This document shows positions 1-10,173 of a DNA stretch of 64,000 nt, piece after piece; position 1 is the first letter of the stretch, and every line of letters begins with the position of its first letter. The notes beneath the pieces are model-generated. The model was not told the origin of the DNA. It saw only the letters and a list, made by a program, of their open reading frames with translations, and searched no databases. A program made the translations under genes and the position numbers. Origin of the DNA: Methylobacter sp. (GTDB lineage Bacteria > Pseudomonadota > Gammaproteobacteria > Methylococcales > Methylomonadaceae); NCBI GenBank assembly GCA_041660285.1, contig JBAZWN010000008.1, positions 6,110-70,109 on the forward strand, given 5' to 3'.

Positions 1-2
1 TG

Positions 3-362
3 TTCCAAAAGCTGCCTGCTGCAAAATATGATGTTATCGTCAGCAACCCTCCTTACGTATGCCTTGAGGAATGGGAGCAATTACCGGCGGAATTCCGCGC
101 CGAGCCTGACATGGGCTTTAAAGGCGGCCACTCGGGACTGGATATCGTGCTGCGCATTCTGGTTGACGCCAATAATTACCTGGCAGAGCAGGGGATTTTA
201 ATTGTGGAAGTCGGCAGCAGCGCAGAAACGCTACAAAACAGGTTTCCCAATGTGCCTTTTTACTGGCTGAATTTTGAACGCGGCGGCGACGGCGTATTCT
301 TGCTGACGGCCGAACAGGTTAATCAATATCACGCATTATTTTTAGCGGCTTTAAAAAACTGA
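3..362 (+). CDS. prmB: Ribosomal protein L3 glutamine methyltransferase, 3' part (5' end outside window)
   Basis: Frame is open from base 3 (FQKLPAAKYDVIVSNPPYV...) into the listed 111-362 ORF; NPPY motif of N5-glutamine methyltransferases; conserved prmB-aroC adjacency. Confidence 0.9.
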   Translation, partial: FQKLPAAKYDVIVSNPPYVCLEEWEQLPAEFRAEPDMGFKGGHSGLDIVLRILVDANNYLAEQGILIVEVGSSAETLQNRFPNVPFYWLNFERGGDGVFLLTAEQVNQYHALFLAALKN

Positions 363-365
363 ACT

Positions 366-1454
366 ATGTCTGGAAATACAATAGGAAAATTATTTACCGT
401 CACCACGTTTGGTGAAAGTCACGGACCTGCTTTAGGCTGCATCGTCGATGGCTGCCCTCCGGGAATGGCATTGACGGAAGCCGATATACAGCATGATCTG
501 GATCGCAGGAAACCCGGCACGTCAAGGCATACGACCCAGCGCCGCGAAGCCGATGAAGTAAAAATATTGTCCGGTGTGTTCGAAGGCAAAACCACGGGTA
601 CGCCGATTGGCCTGCTAATCGAAAACACCGACCAGCGTTCAAAAGATTATTCCAAAATCGCCGACACCTTCAGGCCTGGGCATGCGGATTACACCTACCA
701 GCACAAATACGGCATCAGGGATTACCGCGGGGGAGGGCGCTCATCGGCCCGTGAAACGGCGATGCGCGTTGCGGCGGGCGGCATAGCCAAAAAATATCTC
801 AAGGAACATGCAGGCATTGAGATTCGCGGCTATTTGTCGCAACTGGGGCCGATAAAAATTGAAAAAATGGATTGGAGCATTATAGAAAGCAACCCTTTCT
901 TCTGTCCCGACGCGGATAAGGTCGCCGAAATGGAAGCGTACATGGATGCCTTGCGCAAGGAAGGTGAATCTATTGGCGCAAAAATCGAAGTAGTCGCAAC
1001 CCATGTTCCGCCGGGATTAGGAGAGCCTATCTTTGACCGGCTCGATGCCGATCTGGCGCATGCCTTGATGAGCATCAATGCGGTGAAAGGTGTGGAAATT
1101 GGGGACGGTTTTGCCTGCATCAACAGCAAAGGCACGCAGTTCCGTGATGAAATTACGCCGCAAGGATTTTTAAGCAATCATGCCGGCGGTATTTTGGGCG
1201 GCATTTCCAGCGGTCAGAATATCGTTGCCAGCATTGCGTTAAAACCCACCTCCAGCCTGCGCCTTCCGGGCAAAAGCATCAATCTGAAAGGCGAGGCCAT
1301 TGATGTCGTTACCGAAGGCCGCCATGACCCTTGCGTAGGCATTCGTGCAACGCCGATTGCTGAAGCCATGATGGCTATAGTGATTATGGATCACTTGTTG
1401 CGTCACCGTGGGCAAAACGCAGGCGTTGATTCGGGACTGCCCATCTTAAGATAA
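366..1454 (+). CDS. aroC: Chorismate synthase
   Basis: Signature motifs GESHG, RPGHADY, RSSARET, RHDPCV. Confidence 0.98.
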   Translation: MSGNTIGKLFTVTTFGESHGPALGCIVDGCPPGMALTEADIQHDLDRRKPGTSRHTTQRREADEVKILSGVFEGKTTGTPIGLLIENTDQRSKDYSKIADTFRPGHADYTYQHKYGIRDYRGGGRSSARETAMRVAAGGIAKKYLKEHAGIEIRGYLSQLGPIKIEKMDWSIIESNPFFCPDADKVAEMEAYMDALRKEGESIGAKIEVVATHVPPGLGEPIFDRLDADLAHALMSINAVKGVEIGDGFACINSKGTQFRDEITPQGFLSNHAGGILGGISSGQNIVASIALKPTSSLRLPGKSINLKGEAIDVVTEGRHDPCVGIRATPIAEAMMAIVIMDHLLRHRGQNAGVDSGLPILR

Positions 1455-1457
1455 TCC

Positions 1458-2621
1458 ATGTCCGTTCCTTACTGGCGACTGTCGGGTTTTTATTTCTTTT
1501 ATTTTGCGACAGTAGGCGGTTTGCTCCCTTACTGGAATCTCTATTTAAAAGAGACGGGGTTCAATCCTGTTGAAATTGGCGAACTGTCTGCGCTGCTGGG
1601 CGGCACAAGAATTATTGCCCCGGTTTTATGGGGCTGGATTGCTGACCGTACCGGAAAAAACTTACGCATTATCCGCATAGCTTCCTTTTTTGCAGCTCTA
1701 GTTTTTTCCGGATTTTTAACTATTCACGGCTATTTCTGGTATGTCTGGATAACTATTGGTTTTAGCTTTTTTTGGAACGCCGCTCTGCCGCAATTTGAAG
1801 TGATAACCTTGCGGCATTTAAAAAATGAAGCGCATCGCTACAGCCAGATAAGGCTTTGGGGATCTATCGGTTTTATCGTCGCGGTGCTGGGCATAGGCTG
1901 GCTGTTGGATAACCAGCCCCATATCATACTCCCTGTCGTCCTTGCCTCATTGCTGGTGCTAATCTGGCTGGTCAGCCTGATGACGCCGGCAACACAAGCC
2001 ATCACTCATGAAACGGTATCCGTCGGCATACTGCAAATTCTGAAAAAACCGGAAGTGTTGGCTTTTCTGGCGGTCAATACGCTGTTACAGCTTGCGCATG
2101 CGCCATACTACGTTTTTTACTCCATCTATCTGAAGCACTATCATTACACGGCAAGCCTGACCGGATTTCTTTGGGCGCTGGCTGTTGCTGCCGAGATTGT
2201 CTTGTTTGTTTACATGAGCCGGCTGCTGAAACGTTTTTCTTTAAGAACCATTTTATTGTTCAGCATTCTGTTGGCGGTTGTCCGCTGGCTGATGATTGCC
2301 TGGTGTGTCGAATATTTCTGGCTGCTGATTTTTGCCCAGTTACTACACGCTGCAACGTTTGCAGGCGCTCATGTCGCCGCTATTCACCTGGTCCATCTTT
2401 ATTTTGGCCAGCAGCATCAGGGCAAAGGCCAGGCGCTTTACTCCAGCTTGAGTTATGGTCTGGGTGGAATGCTGGGCAGTTACTACAGCGGCCAATATTG
2501 GGAGTCGTTGGGGGCTGAGTTTGTCTATTCCATGGCGGCAATATGCTGCGGTGTGGCCTTTTTGATCGCCTATTTGTGGGTGGGCAGGGAAAATGCCCAA
2601 AACAAAGCTGTCTTGGGTTAA
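1458..2621 (+). CDS. MFS transporter (MFS_1-like / HcaT-type)
   Basis: About 12 hydrophobic segments; GWIADRTG loop motif and RLWGSIGF motif; commonly follows aroC. Confidence 0.85.
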   Translation: MSVPYWRLSGFYFFYFATVGGLLPYWNLYLKETGFNPVEIGELSALLGGTRIIAPVLWGWIADRTGKNLRIIRIASFFAALVFSGFLTIHGYFWYVWITIGFSFFWNAALPQFEVITLRHLKNEAHRYSQIRLWGSIGFIVAVLGIGWLLDNQPHIILPVVLASLLVLIWLVSLMTPATQAITHETVSVGILQILKKPEVLAFLAVNTLLQLAHAPYYVFYSIYLKHYHYTASLTGFLWALAVAAEIVLFVYMSRLLKRFSLRTILLFSILLAVVRWLMIAWCVEYFWLLIFAQLLHAATFAGAHVAAIHLVHLYFGQQHQGKGQALYSSLSYGLGGMLGSYYSGQYWESLGAEFVYSMAAICCGVAFLIAYLWVGRENAQNKAVLG

Positions 2622-2692
2622 AATAGCAATCAAATAAAGCGTGGATTTTTATCGCACGTCCATCAAACAATACTGACTATTTAGGAAATAAT

Positions 2693-3307
2693 GTGTTTGA
2701 AATAATTAAAAGCGGCGGTTGGATGATGCTGCCAATCATTTTGTGTTCAATCGGCGCAATGGGAATTGTTGCTGAGCGCTTCTGGTCTTTACAAAGAAAA
2801 AAGATTTTGCCGCCGGAGCTTGTCCCTCAGGTGTGGAAATTACACCGCGAAAAAAAACTTGATGATGTCACCCTGCGCCGGTTAAAAGCCAGTTCGCCTC
2901 TGGGTTGTATTTTGGCGTCCGGCCTTGCCAACAGCCATCACGGCAGAAAATTCATGAAGGAATGCATTGAAGAAACGGGCCGTAAGGTTGCGCACGACCT
3001 GGAGCGCTATCTTAATACGCTAGGCACGATCGCAGCAGTCGGCCCATTGCTGGGGCTGCTGGGGACTGTATTCGGCATGATTGACATCTTTTCTTCCCTG
3101 ATGCTGCATGGCGCAGGCGATCCCAGCGTTTTAGCCGGAGGCATTTCGGTAGCGCTGATTACTACGGCGGCGGGATTAACGGTCGCCATCCCCAGCTTGA
3201 TTTTTCACCGCTATTTCGAAAGGCTGGTGGATGAGTATGTGGTCAGCATGGAAGAGGAAGCGTTAAAACTCATTGATATTCTACACGGAGAGCGTGAGGA
3301 AGCCTGA
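2693..3307 (+). CDS. MotA/TolQ/ExbB proton channel family protein
   Basis: GPLLGLLGTVFGMI and ALITTAAGLTVAIP motifs; GTG start. Confidence 0.92.
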   Translation: MFEIIKSGGWMMLPIILCSIGAMGIVAERFWSLQRKKILPPELVPQVWKLHREKKLDDVTLRRLKASSPLGCILASGLANSHHGRKFMKECIEETGRKVAHDLERYLNTLGTIAAVGPLLGLLGTVFGMIDIFSSLMLHGAGDPSVLAGGISVALITTAAGLTVAIPSLIFHRYFERLVDEYVVSMEEEALKLIDILHGEREEA

Positions 3308-3744
3308 TGAAATTTCAACGCAAGAAAAGGGAAAATGTAGATATTACGTTGATCTCAATGATCGATGTGCTTTTTGTGCTGTTGTTGTTCTTCATGGTTT
3401 CTACAACCTTCAACCAACATACGGAAGTCAATATCAAGCTTCCCGAGGCAAACGGGGCGGATGCCGAGCAACATCCAAAAATGGTCACATTGACTATTGG
3501 TGCGGACGGCATTTATTATCTGAATGGTGATGACGGCTTGCCTCATAAGCTGGTTAATCAGAGCGTGGACGCGTTAAAGCAGGAATTGCGCAAGCTTGCA
3601 GAACATTCAGGGGAGATTCCCTTTATCATCAATGCCGACGGCAAAACGCCCCATCAGGCTGTGATTAAAGCATTAGAGGCTGCCAGTGATGCCGGCTTCA
3701 GCCATATCACTTTTGCGGCCCTGCATTCAAAGACCGAACAATGA
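3307..3744 (+). CDS. ExbD/TolR family protein
   Basis: MIDVLFVLLLFFMV transmembrane motif with conserved Asp; INADGKTPHQAV periplasmic motif; overlaps the ExbB-like stop. Confidence 0.92.
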   Translation: MKFQRKKRENVDITLISMIDVLFVLLLFFMVSTTFNQHTEVNIKLPEANGADAEQHPKMVTLTIGADGIYYLNGDDGLPHKLVNQSVDALKQELRKLAEHSGEIPFIINADGKTPHQAVIKALEAASDAGFSHITFAALHSKTEQ

Positions 3745-4739
3745 AAAAAACGCTGGCTCGATGGGCGCTGGATGTCTGGTATAAAGACCCGTTTATTGGC
3801 ACATGGCTGATGCCGCTGGGCTTTTTGTTTTCCGATTTTGTTAAATTCAGGAAATTCTTGTACCGCATCAAGGTGTTAAGAAAACACACCATGCCTGTTC
3901 CGGTTATCGTGGTGGGCAACATCACTGTGGGCGGCACAGGTAAAACGCCGTTGATTATCTACCTGGCTGGGCTTCTCAAGGATGCGGGCTTTAAGCCCGG
4001 CATTATCAGCAGAGGCTACGGAGGGCAAGCCGAATCATGGCCGCAATGGGTAGATGCAAACAGTATGGCGGCACAGGTAGGCGATGAGGCCTTGTTATTA
4101 GCCAGACAAACCGGCTGTCCTGTGGCGGTAGGCCCGTTGAGGGTTGAGGATGCACAGTTGTTGCTCAAGCAATCCGATTGCAATGTCATTTTGTCCGACG
4201 ATGGTTTGCAGCACTATGCATTGAACCGGGATATCGAGATCGCCGTCATTGACGGGGAAAGACGTTTTGGTAACGGCTACTGCCTGCCGGCAGGCCCTTT
4301 GCGCGAAACTATAGACAGATTGCAGAGCGTCGATTTTATCGTCGTTAACGGCGAAAAGTCAGAACCTAATGAGCTTTCCATGCAGATCAGCGGGGACACG
4401 GCAATTAATCTGGTCAGCGGAGAGCAAAAGTCATTGCAGGAGTTTAATGCCGCCGGATGTCACGCTTTGGCGGGCATAGGCAATCCTGACCGGTTTTTCA
4501 GGCTGCTTGAGTCTGCCGGTCTGACCTGCAAAACACACAGTTTCCCGGACCATTATCAATTTCAGCGCGGCGACATCGAATTTGGCGATGACGAACAGGT
4601 GTTAATGACCGAGAAAGATGCGGTAAAATGCACGGCGTTTGCGAGCAAGCAGCATTGGTATATTCCAGTAAAAGCCATTCCTGAACCGGTTTTTTCTGAA
4701 CAATTATTGAAATTATTACGAGAAAAAAACAATGGATAA
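3741..4739 (+). CDS. lpxK: Tetraacyldisaccharide 4'-kinase
   Basis: [14 protein letters not shown]-loop, SRGYG, DDGLQH, TEKDAVK motifs. Confidence 0.97.
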   Translation: MKKTLARWALDVWYKDPFIGTWLMPLGFLFSDFVKFRKFLYRIKVLRKHTMPVPVIVVGNITVGGTGKTPLIIYLAGLLKDAGFKPGIISRGYGGQAESWPQWVDANSMAAQVGDEALLLARQTGCPVAVGPLRVEDAQLLLKQSDCNVILSDDGLQHYALNRDIEIAVIDGERRFGNGYCLPAGPLRETIDRLQSVDFIVVNGEKSEPNELSMQISGDTAINLVSGEQKSLQEFNAAGCHALAGIGNPDRFFRLLESAGLTCKTHSFPDHYQFQRGDIEFGDDEQVLMTEKDAVKCTAFASKQHWYIPVKAIPEPVFSEQLLKLLREKNNG

Positions 4740-4923
4740 AAAATTACTCGATATTCTGGCTTGCCCTTTATGCAAAAGTTCGCTGATTTACGATAAAGCC
4801 AAACAGGAACTTATCTGCAAAGCCGACCATATCGCGTTTCCCATCCGCGATGATATTCCGGTAATGCTTGAAGATGAAGCTCGCGAATTAACTAATGACG
4901 AAATTGACGCATTATCCAAATGA
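4732..4923 (+). CDS. ycaR: Trm112 family protein
   Basis: [11 protein letters not shown]...[11 protein letters not shown] pattern; canonical position between lpxK and kdsB. Confidence 0.93.
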   Translation: MDKKLLDILACPLCKSSLIYDKAKQELICKADHIAFPIRDDIPVMLEDEARELTNDEIDALSK

Positions 4924-5690
4924 CCATGCGTTTTAAGGTAGTCATTCCTGCAAGATACGGTTCGACAAGATTGCCAGGCAAGCCCCTGCTGAACATTGCA
5001 GGCAAGCCGATGATTGCGTATGTCTGTGAGAGGGCTCAGGAAGCCGACGCCGAAGAAATTATCGTAGCGACAGATGATGACAGGATTTTTCAAACCGTCA
5101 GTGATCTGGGCATTAAAGCGGTGATGACGCGCCCGGACCATCAAAGCGGCACGGAAAGAATTGCCGAAGTAGCACAGCAATGCGGCTGGGATGGGGATGA
5201 AATCATCGTTAATCTGCAAGGCGATGAACCGCTTATTCCTTCGGCATATATTCGCGAAGCTGCGGCGGCATTAGCCGGACAGAGGCAAGCGGGCATAGCG
5301 ACACTGGCCGCTAAAATCGAAGACCATGAAGAGATTTTCAATCCAAACGCGGTAAAAGTTGTTTTGAATAATGCCGGTTACGCGCTTTATTTCAGTCGCG
5401 CTCCCATCCCATGGGAAAGAGATCGGTTTACTGCTGCAGGCGGCAAGCCTTCCGGGAAAATGCCTTATCTCAGGCACATCGGCATGTACGCTTATACGGT
5501 TGATTTTTTAAACCGCTACTGCCAGTGGGATGCTTCACCGCTCGAATCGGTTGAGTCCCTGGAGCAACTGAGAATATTGTGGCACGGTGAAGCTGTTCTG
5601 GTGAAAACCGTAGACAAAACCCCTGATGCCGGCGTTGATACCAAGGAAGACTTAATACGCGTGGAGCAGGCATTATACTTGGACCGCTAG
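4920..5690 (+). CDS. kdsB: 3-deoxy-manno-octulosonate cytidylyltransferase (housekeeping copy)
   Basis: [43 protein letters not shown] motifs. Confidence 0.97.
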   Translation: MTMRFKVVIPARYGSTRLPGKPLLNIAGKPMIAYVCERAQEADAEEIIVATDDDRIFQTVSDLGIKAVMTRPDHQSGTERIAEVAQQCGWDGDEIIVNLQGDEPLIPSAYIREAAAALAGQRQAGIATLAAKIEDHEEIFNPNAVKVVLNNAGYALYFSRAPIPWERDRFTAAGGKPSGKMPYLRHIGMYAYTVDFLNRYCQWDASPLESVESLEQLRILWHGEAVLVKTVDKTPDAGVDTKEDLIRVEQALYLDR

Positions 5691-5711
5691 CCTGCTGGCC
5701 ACTGTTATTAT

Positions 5712-5740
5712 TTGACATATATTATTAATAACAGTACCTT
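5712..5740 (+). promoter_or_regulatory. Sigma70-type promoter of alaC-hom-thrC
   Basis: TTGACA (5712-5717), 17-nt spacer, TACCTT (5735-5740), 41 nt before the alaC ATG. Confidence 0.65.
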
Positions 5741-5781
5741 AGAAAACATTTTTAAACTTTAACTCATACATTAAACTGTTA

Positions 5782-6966
5782 ATGGAACAATTTCATAGAA
5801 TAAGTCGCTTGCCTCCCTATGTTTTTAACATTGTTAATGAACTGAAAGCCAAGGCGCGCGCGGCAGGAGAAGATATTATCGATTTTGGCATGGGCAATCC
5901 GGATCAGCCCACGCCTGAGCATATCGTCAATAAAATGCTTGAGGCGGCAAAACGCCCCGATACCCATCGTTATTCGGTTTCCAAGGGTATACCCCGCTTA
6001 AGGAAAGCCATCTGCAACTGGTATAAAAACCGCTTCGATGTTGATCTGGATCCGGAAACCGAGGCCATTGTCACCATCGGCTCAAAAGAAGGTCTGGCGC
6101 ATTTGGCTCTGGCGACCTTGGGTCCCGGCGATGTGGTGCTGGTGCCGAACCCCGCTTATCCGATACATCCTTATGGCGTGGTGATTGCCGGCGCCGATCT
6201 GCGGCATGTACCGATGATCCCGGGCGGCGATTTCTTTGATGAGCTGAATAAAGCCATTGGCGATTCATGGCCCAAGCCGAAAATGCTGATTCTTAATTTC
6301 CCGGGCAATCCTACCAGCCAGTGCGTGGAGCTGGATTTTTTTGAAAAAATTGTCGCTATCGCAAAAGAGCATAAAATCTGGGTTGTGCAGGATATTGCTT
6401 ATGCGGACATCGTTTTTGACGGCTACAAAGCGCCGTCAATTCTTCAAGTTGAAGGCGCAAAAGACATAGCGGTAGAGTTTTTCTCGCTATCTAAAAGCTA
6501 CAACATGCCGGGCTGGCGTGTGGGCTTCATGTGCGGCAACAAATCGTTGGTTTCCGCCCTGGCTCGAATCAAGTCCTATCTGGATTACGGCACTTTCACG
6601 CCCATTCAAATCGCAGCGATTGCGGCCCTTGAAGGCCCGCAAGACTGCGTTGCAGAAATTGCCGAAATGTATGAAAAAAGACGCGATGTGCTGTGCGATG
6701 GCTTAAATGCCGCCGGATGGCCGGTTGAAAAACCCAAAGCGACCATGTTCGTTTGGGCAAAAATCCCGGATGCCTATCAAGCGATGGGGTCTCTTGAGTT
6801 CTCCAAAAAACTGCTGCTGGAGGCCAAGGTAGCGGTGGCGCCCGGTATCGGTTTTGGCCAGTATGGCGACGATCATGTCAGGTTTGGCCTGATTGAGAAT
6901 GAACACCGCACCCGCCAGGCGGTTCGCGGCATCCGCAATATGATGAAGAAAGACGGCGTTATATAA
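5782..6966 (+). CDS. alaC: PLP-dependent alanine transaminase (class I/II aminotransferase)
   Basis: [21 protein letters not shown] and [14 protein letters not shown] (PLP lysine) motifs. Confidence 0.9.
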   Translation: MEQFHRISRLPPYVFNIVNELKAKARAAGEDIIDFGMGNPDQPTPEHIVNKMLEAAKRPDTHRYSVSKGIPRLRKAICNWYKNRFDVDLDPETEAIVTIGSKEGLAHLALATLGPGDVVLVPNPAYPIHPYGVVIAGADLRHVPMIPGGDFFDELNKAIGDSWPKPKMLILNFPGNPTSQCVELDFFEKIVAIAKEHKIWVVQDIAYADIVFDGYKAPSILQVEGAKDIAVEFFSLSKSYNMPGWRVGFMCGNKSLVSALARIKSYLDYGTFTPIQIAAIAALEGPQDCVAEIAEMYEKRRDVLCDGLNAAGWPVEKPKATMFVWAKIPDAYQAMGSLEFSKKLLLEAKVAVAPGIGFGQYGDDHVRFGLIENEHRTRQAVRGIRNMMKKDGVI

Positions 6967-7000
6967 TGGGAACAAGAATAATTTTTAGCAGGAGTTTGAT

Positions 7001-8311
7001 TTGAAACCGGTAAAAGTGGGTGTTTTAGGTTTAGGCACTGTCGGCGGCGGTACTGTCAATGTATTGAAGCGAAATGCCGCGGAAATTGCGCGCAGGGCAG
7101 GCCGTGAAATCATTATCACCCGTGCCTCGGCAAAAGACTTAAACAAGCAGCGCATTTGCGATACGCAAGGCATCGCTTTGACGACTGATCCCTATGAAAT
7201 CATCAACGATCCGGAAATTGAAATCATCCTGGAATTAATTGGCGGCGCAGGGCCGGTCAAAGACATGGTGTTAAAAGCCATAGAAAACGGCAAGCATGTG
7301 GTTACCGCCAACAAGTCGCTCATCGCCTTGCATGGCAACGAGATTTTCGCAAAAGCCAGCGAAAAAGGCGTGATAGTCGCGTTTGAGGCCGCTGTCGCCG
7401 GCGGCATCCCCATTATCAAGGCGATACGCGAAGGCTTAAGCGGCAACCAGATCGAATGGGTGGCCGGTATCATTAACGGCACAGGCAATTTCATCCTGAC
7501 TGAAATGCGCGATAAAGGCCGTGATTTTTCCGACGTGTTAGCAGAAGCGCAAGCGTTGGGATATGCGGAAGCCGATCCTACTTTTGATGTCGAAGGCATA
7601 GATGCCGGCCACAAACTCACCATTCTGGCTTCCATTGCATTTGGCATCCCCTTGCAGTTCGACAAGGTTTTTACCGAGGGCATTACCAAAATCACCCGTG
7701 TCGATGTCGAGTACGCCGAACAGCTGGGTTACCGGATCAAACATTTGGGCATCGCTCGCAAAACACCGGAAGGCATTGAATTAAGAGTGCATCCGACACT
7801 GATTCCTGAACGCCGCCTTATTGCCAATGTGAACGGCGTAATGAATGCCGTTCTGGTTAAAGGCGATGCGGTAGGCCCTACGCTTTACTACGGCGCCGGG
7901 GCCGGTGCTGAACCTACAGCATCTTCCGTAGTCGCCGATGTGATCGATGTGGTCAGGGCGCTGACCAGCGATCCTGAAAACAGGGTGCCCCACTTAGCCT
8001 TTCAGGCCGACTCGTTGGCCGATATACCGGTATTGTCATCGGACCGGTTCAAGACCTCTTATTATTTGCGTCTTAATGCCGAAGACAAGCCGGGAGTTCT
8101 GGCTGAAGTCACAAGAATTCTCGCGGATCATCAAATCAGCATTGAAGCCATCATCCAGAAAGAGCCGCTGGAAAATGAAACATCGGTGCCGATTATTCTG
8201 TTGACTCAGATCACGCTTGAAAAAGAAATGAATGCGGCGATTGCCGAAATTGAAGCTTTAAAAACCGTTACCGGCAAGGTAAATCGCATCCGCCTGGAAA
8301 CTTTGGGATAA
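7001..8311 (+). CDS. hom: Homoserine dehydrogenase with C-terminal ACT domain
   Basis: GLGTVGGG, VVTANK, EAAVAGGIP, GIINGT, EADPTFDVEG motifs; TTG start. Confidence 0.97.
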   Translation: MKPVKVGVLGLGTVGGGTVNVLKRNAAEIARRAGREIIITRASAKDLNKQRICDTQGIALTTDPYEIINDPEIEIILELIGGAGPVKDMVLKAIENGKHVVTANKSLIALHGNEIFAKASEKGVIVAFEAAVAGGIPIIKAIREGLSGNQIEWVAGIINGTGNFILTEMRDKGRDFSDVLAEAQALGYAEADPTFDVEGIDAGHKLTILASIAFGIPLQFDKVFTEGITKITRVDVEYAEQLGYRIKHLGIARKTPEGIELRVHPTLIPERRLIANVNGVMNAVLVKGDAVGPTLYYGAGAGAEPTASSVVADVIDVVRALTSDPENRVPHLAFQADSLADIPVLSSDRFKTSYYLRLNAEDKPGVLAEVTRILADHQISIEAIIQKEPLENETSVPIILLTQITLEKEMNAAIAEIEALKTVTGKVNRIRLETLG

Positions 8312-8318
8312 ATAAAAC

Positions 8319-9398
8319 ATGTCTATTCGTAAACGCTACACCGGTTTGATTGAAAACTACAGAGACCGTTTGCCGGTCAGTGCAAACACTCGCCTGATCA
8401 GCTTGGGCGAAGGCAATACGCCGCTGATCCAGCTTCAACACATCCCCAGACTCATTGGTAAGGATGTTGATATTTATGTGAAATATGAAGGCCTGAATCC
8501 GACCGGCTCGTTCAAGGACCGCGGCATGACCATGGCGGTAACCAAAGCGGTGGAAGAGGGCAGTCAGGCCATTATCTGCGCTTCGACAGGCAACACCTCA
8601 GCCGCTGCCGCCGCTTACGCCGTTCGCGCAGGCATTAAGGCGTTTGTATTGATACCGGAAGGCAAAATCGCTTTGGGCAAACTGGCGCAGACCTTGATGT
8701 ACGGCGCCGAGATTATCCAGATTAACGGCAACTTCGATAAAGGCATGGCCCTGGTCAAGGAAGTCGCCGAGCATGCGCCGGTAACCATCGTTAACTCCAT
8801 CAATCCGTTCAGGATTGAAGGCCAAAAAACCGCGGCTTTTGAAATCGTCGACGAGCTCGGATTCGCTCCTGACTACCATTGCTTACCTGTCGGTAATGCG
8901 GGTAATATCACCGCGTACTGGAAAGGCTATAAAGAATATGCCACAGATCGGGTGTGCGGCAACCGTCCGGTCATGTGCGGCTATCAGGCTGCTGGAGCCG
9001 CACCTTTCGTGGCCGGTAAAATGGTTGATGACCCTGAAACGGTTGCAACAGCAATACGCATCGGCCACCCGCAATCCTGGGATCTGGCCTGGACCGTGCA
9101 AAAGGAATCGGGCGGCTGGTTCGACAAGTTTTCAGACGAGCAGATTCTGGCCGCACAAAAAATGCTGTCCCAGCATGAAGGCATATTCTGCGAACCCGCT
9201 TCAGCGACTTCCCTGGCCGGTGCATTGCACGATATTGCTAGCGGGAAAATTCCTGAAGGCAGTAAAATCGTTTGTACATTAACCGGCAATGGCTTAAAAG
9301 ACCCTGATACGGCTATACAGCAATGCGCTTCCACACATCCCGTAACGATTGAAGCCAATCTGGATGCGGTAAAAAAAGCCATTTTGGATAACATGTAA
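8319..9398 (+). CDS. thrC: Threonine synthase
   Basis: EGLNPTGSFKDRGM PLP motif, ASTGNTS, PVGNAGN; follows hom. Confidence 0.95.
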   Translation: MSIRKRYTGLIENYRDRLPVSANTRLISLGEGNTPLIQLQHIPRLIGKDVDIYVKYEGLNPTGSFKDRGMTMAVTKAVEEGSQAIICASTGNTSAAAAAYAVRAGIKAFVLIPEGKIALGKLAQTLMYGAEIIQINGNFDKGMALVKEVAEHAPVTIVNSINPFRIEGQKTAAFEIVDELGFAPDYHCLPVGNAGNITAYWKGYKEYATDRVCGNRPVMCGYQAAGAAPFVAGKMVDDPETVATAIRIGHPQSWDLAWTVQKESGGWFDKFSDEQILAAQKMLSQHEGIFCEPASATSLAGALHDIASGKIPEGSKIVCTLTGNGLKDPDTAIQQCASTHPVTIEANLDAVKKAILDNM

Positions 9399-9405
9399 TT
9401 AGATC

Positions 9406-9484
9406 GTAGGGTACGCAATGCGTACCATTTTCAATGGCTGGGTAACTCTTGAGATTTGGAATTGGTATACGGTGCATACCCCAC
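9406..9484. repeat. REP doublet (REPIN-like): GTAG-type REP and a degenerate inverted copy
   Basis: GTAGGGTACGCAATGCGTACC (9406-9426; GTAG plus GGTACGCA/TGCGTACC palindrome) faces GGTATACGGTGCATACCCCAC (9464-9484), its reverse complement with 6 mismatches in 21. Confidence 0.7.
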
Positions 9485-9513
9485 GTGGCTTTATTCATTT
9501 TAACGGCTAAATT

Positions 9514-10104
9514 ATGATGTATTTCGATAAGAGCAGAAGCTTGCTTGAATTTAAGAAGCCTACTGTAGCATCAAATAAAGGACATTCAAATGGAGTTGGA
9601 ATGTTGATTGTGCCCGTTAGTTTAATTCGGAGTTCCGAATTAAACGCCAACAACCTAAAGAAATGGAACAAGATGCCATCGGCGTATAGAAACGTTATTG
9701 CGTGGTACTTAAAAGGGGCGGGTGTACCAGTTAAGGACATAGCTACTTTTCTGTCGATCAGTAGTTCAAGAGCAAGCGCACTTATTACGAAGGTTCGCCG
9801 ACTTGTATATGTTCATTCAACCATACATCGATTAGATAAAGATTTTTATAAAGAAAGTGTTTCACCTGAAGTATTTAAAGCTCATTGTTTAAAACAGCAG
9901 TACAAAGAAATGATTGATGCTGAATATGTTCTTTCAATGTCGTCTTTATTTGGTATTCAGGAAGACCATTATGTTGTTAGTGAGGCATTGCGACTTGGAA
10001 AACAAGCCTATTTGGAATCAACTGAAAAGCTTGCCGGTGTTACGTGTGATTGTTTTGAGTGCAGTGTCGTTAATAATATGATTAACGAATATGTCAACTC
10101 GTAA
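9514..10104 (+). CDS. Hypothetical protein with probable helix-turn-helix
   Basis: 196-aa ORF filling the thrC-recJ gap, AT-richer than its neighbours, followed by a terminator; segment VPVKDIATFLSISSSRASALI has HTH spacing. An alternative start at 9601 has a GGAG upstream. Confidence 0.6.
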   Translation: MMYFDKSRSLLEFKKPTVASNKGHSNGVGMLIVPVSLIRSSELNANNLKKWNKMPSAYRNVIAWYLKGAGVPVKDIATFLSISSSRASALITKVRRLVYVHSTIHRLDKDFYKESVSPEVFKAHCLKQQYKEMIDAEYVLSMSSLFGIQEDHYVVSEALRLGKQAYLESTEKLAGVTCDCFECSVVNNMINEYVNS

Positions 10105-10136
10105 GATGGGTAACTTGTAACGCGTACGAATAATGT

Positions 10137-10161
10137 AAAGCCGACAAAAGTCGGCTTTTTT
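10137..10161 (+). terminator. Rho-independent terminator
   Basis: AAAGCCGAC-AAAA-GTCGGCTTT followed by a T run. Confidence 0.8.
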
Positions 10162-10173
10162 ATTGGAAACCCC

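Noticed and set aside
9439-10115. 9-bp direct repeat TGGGTAACT (9439, 10107) as a target-site duplication around the orphan gene
   Set aside because: The left copy lies inside the REP doublet rather than at a boundary; no terminal inverted repeats or transposase.
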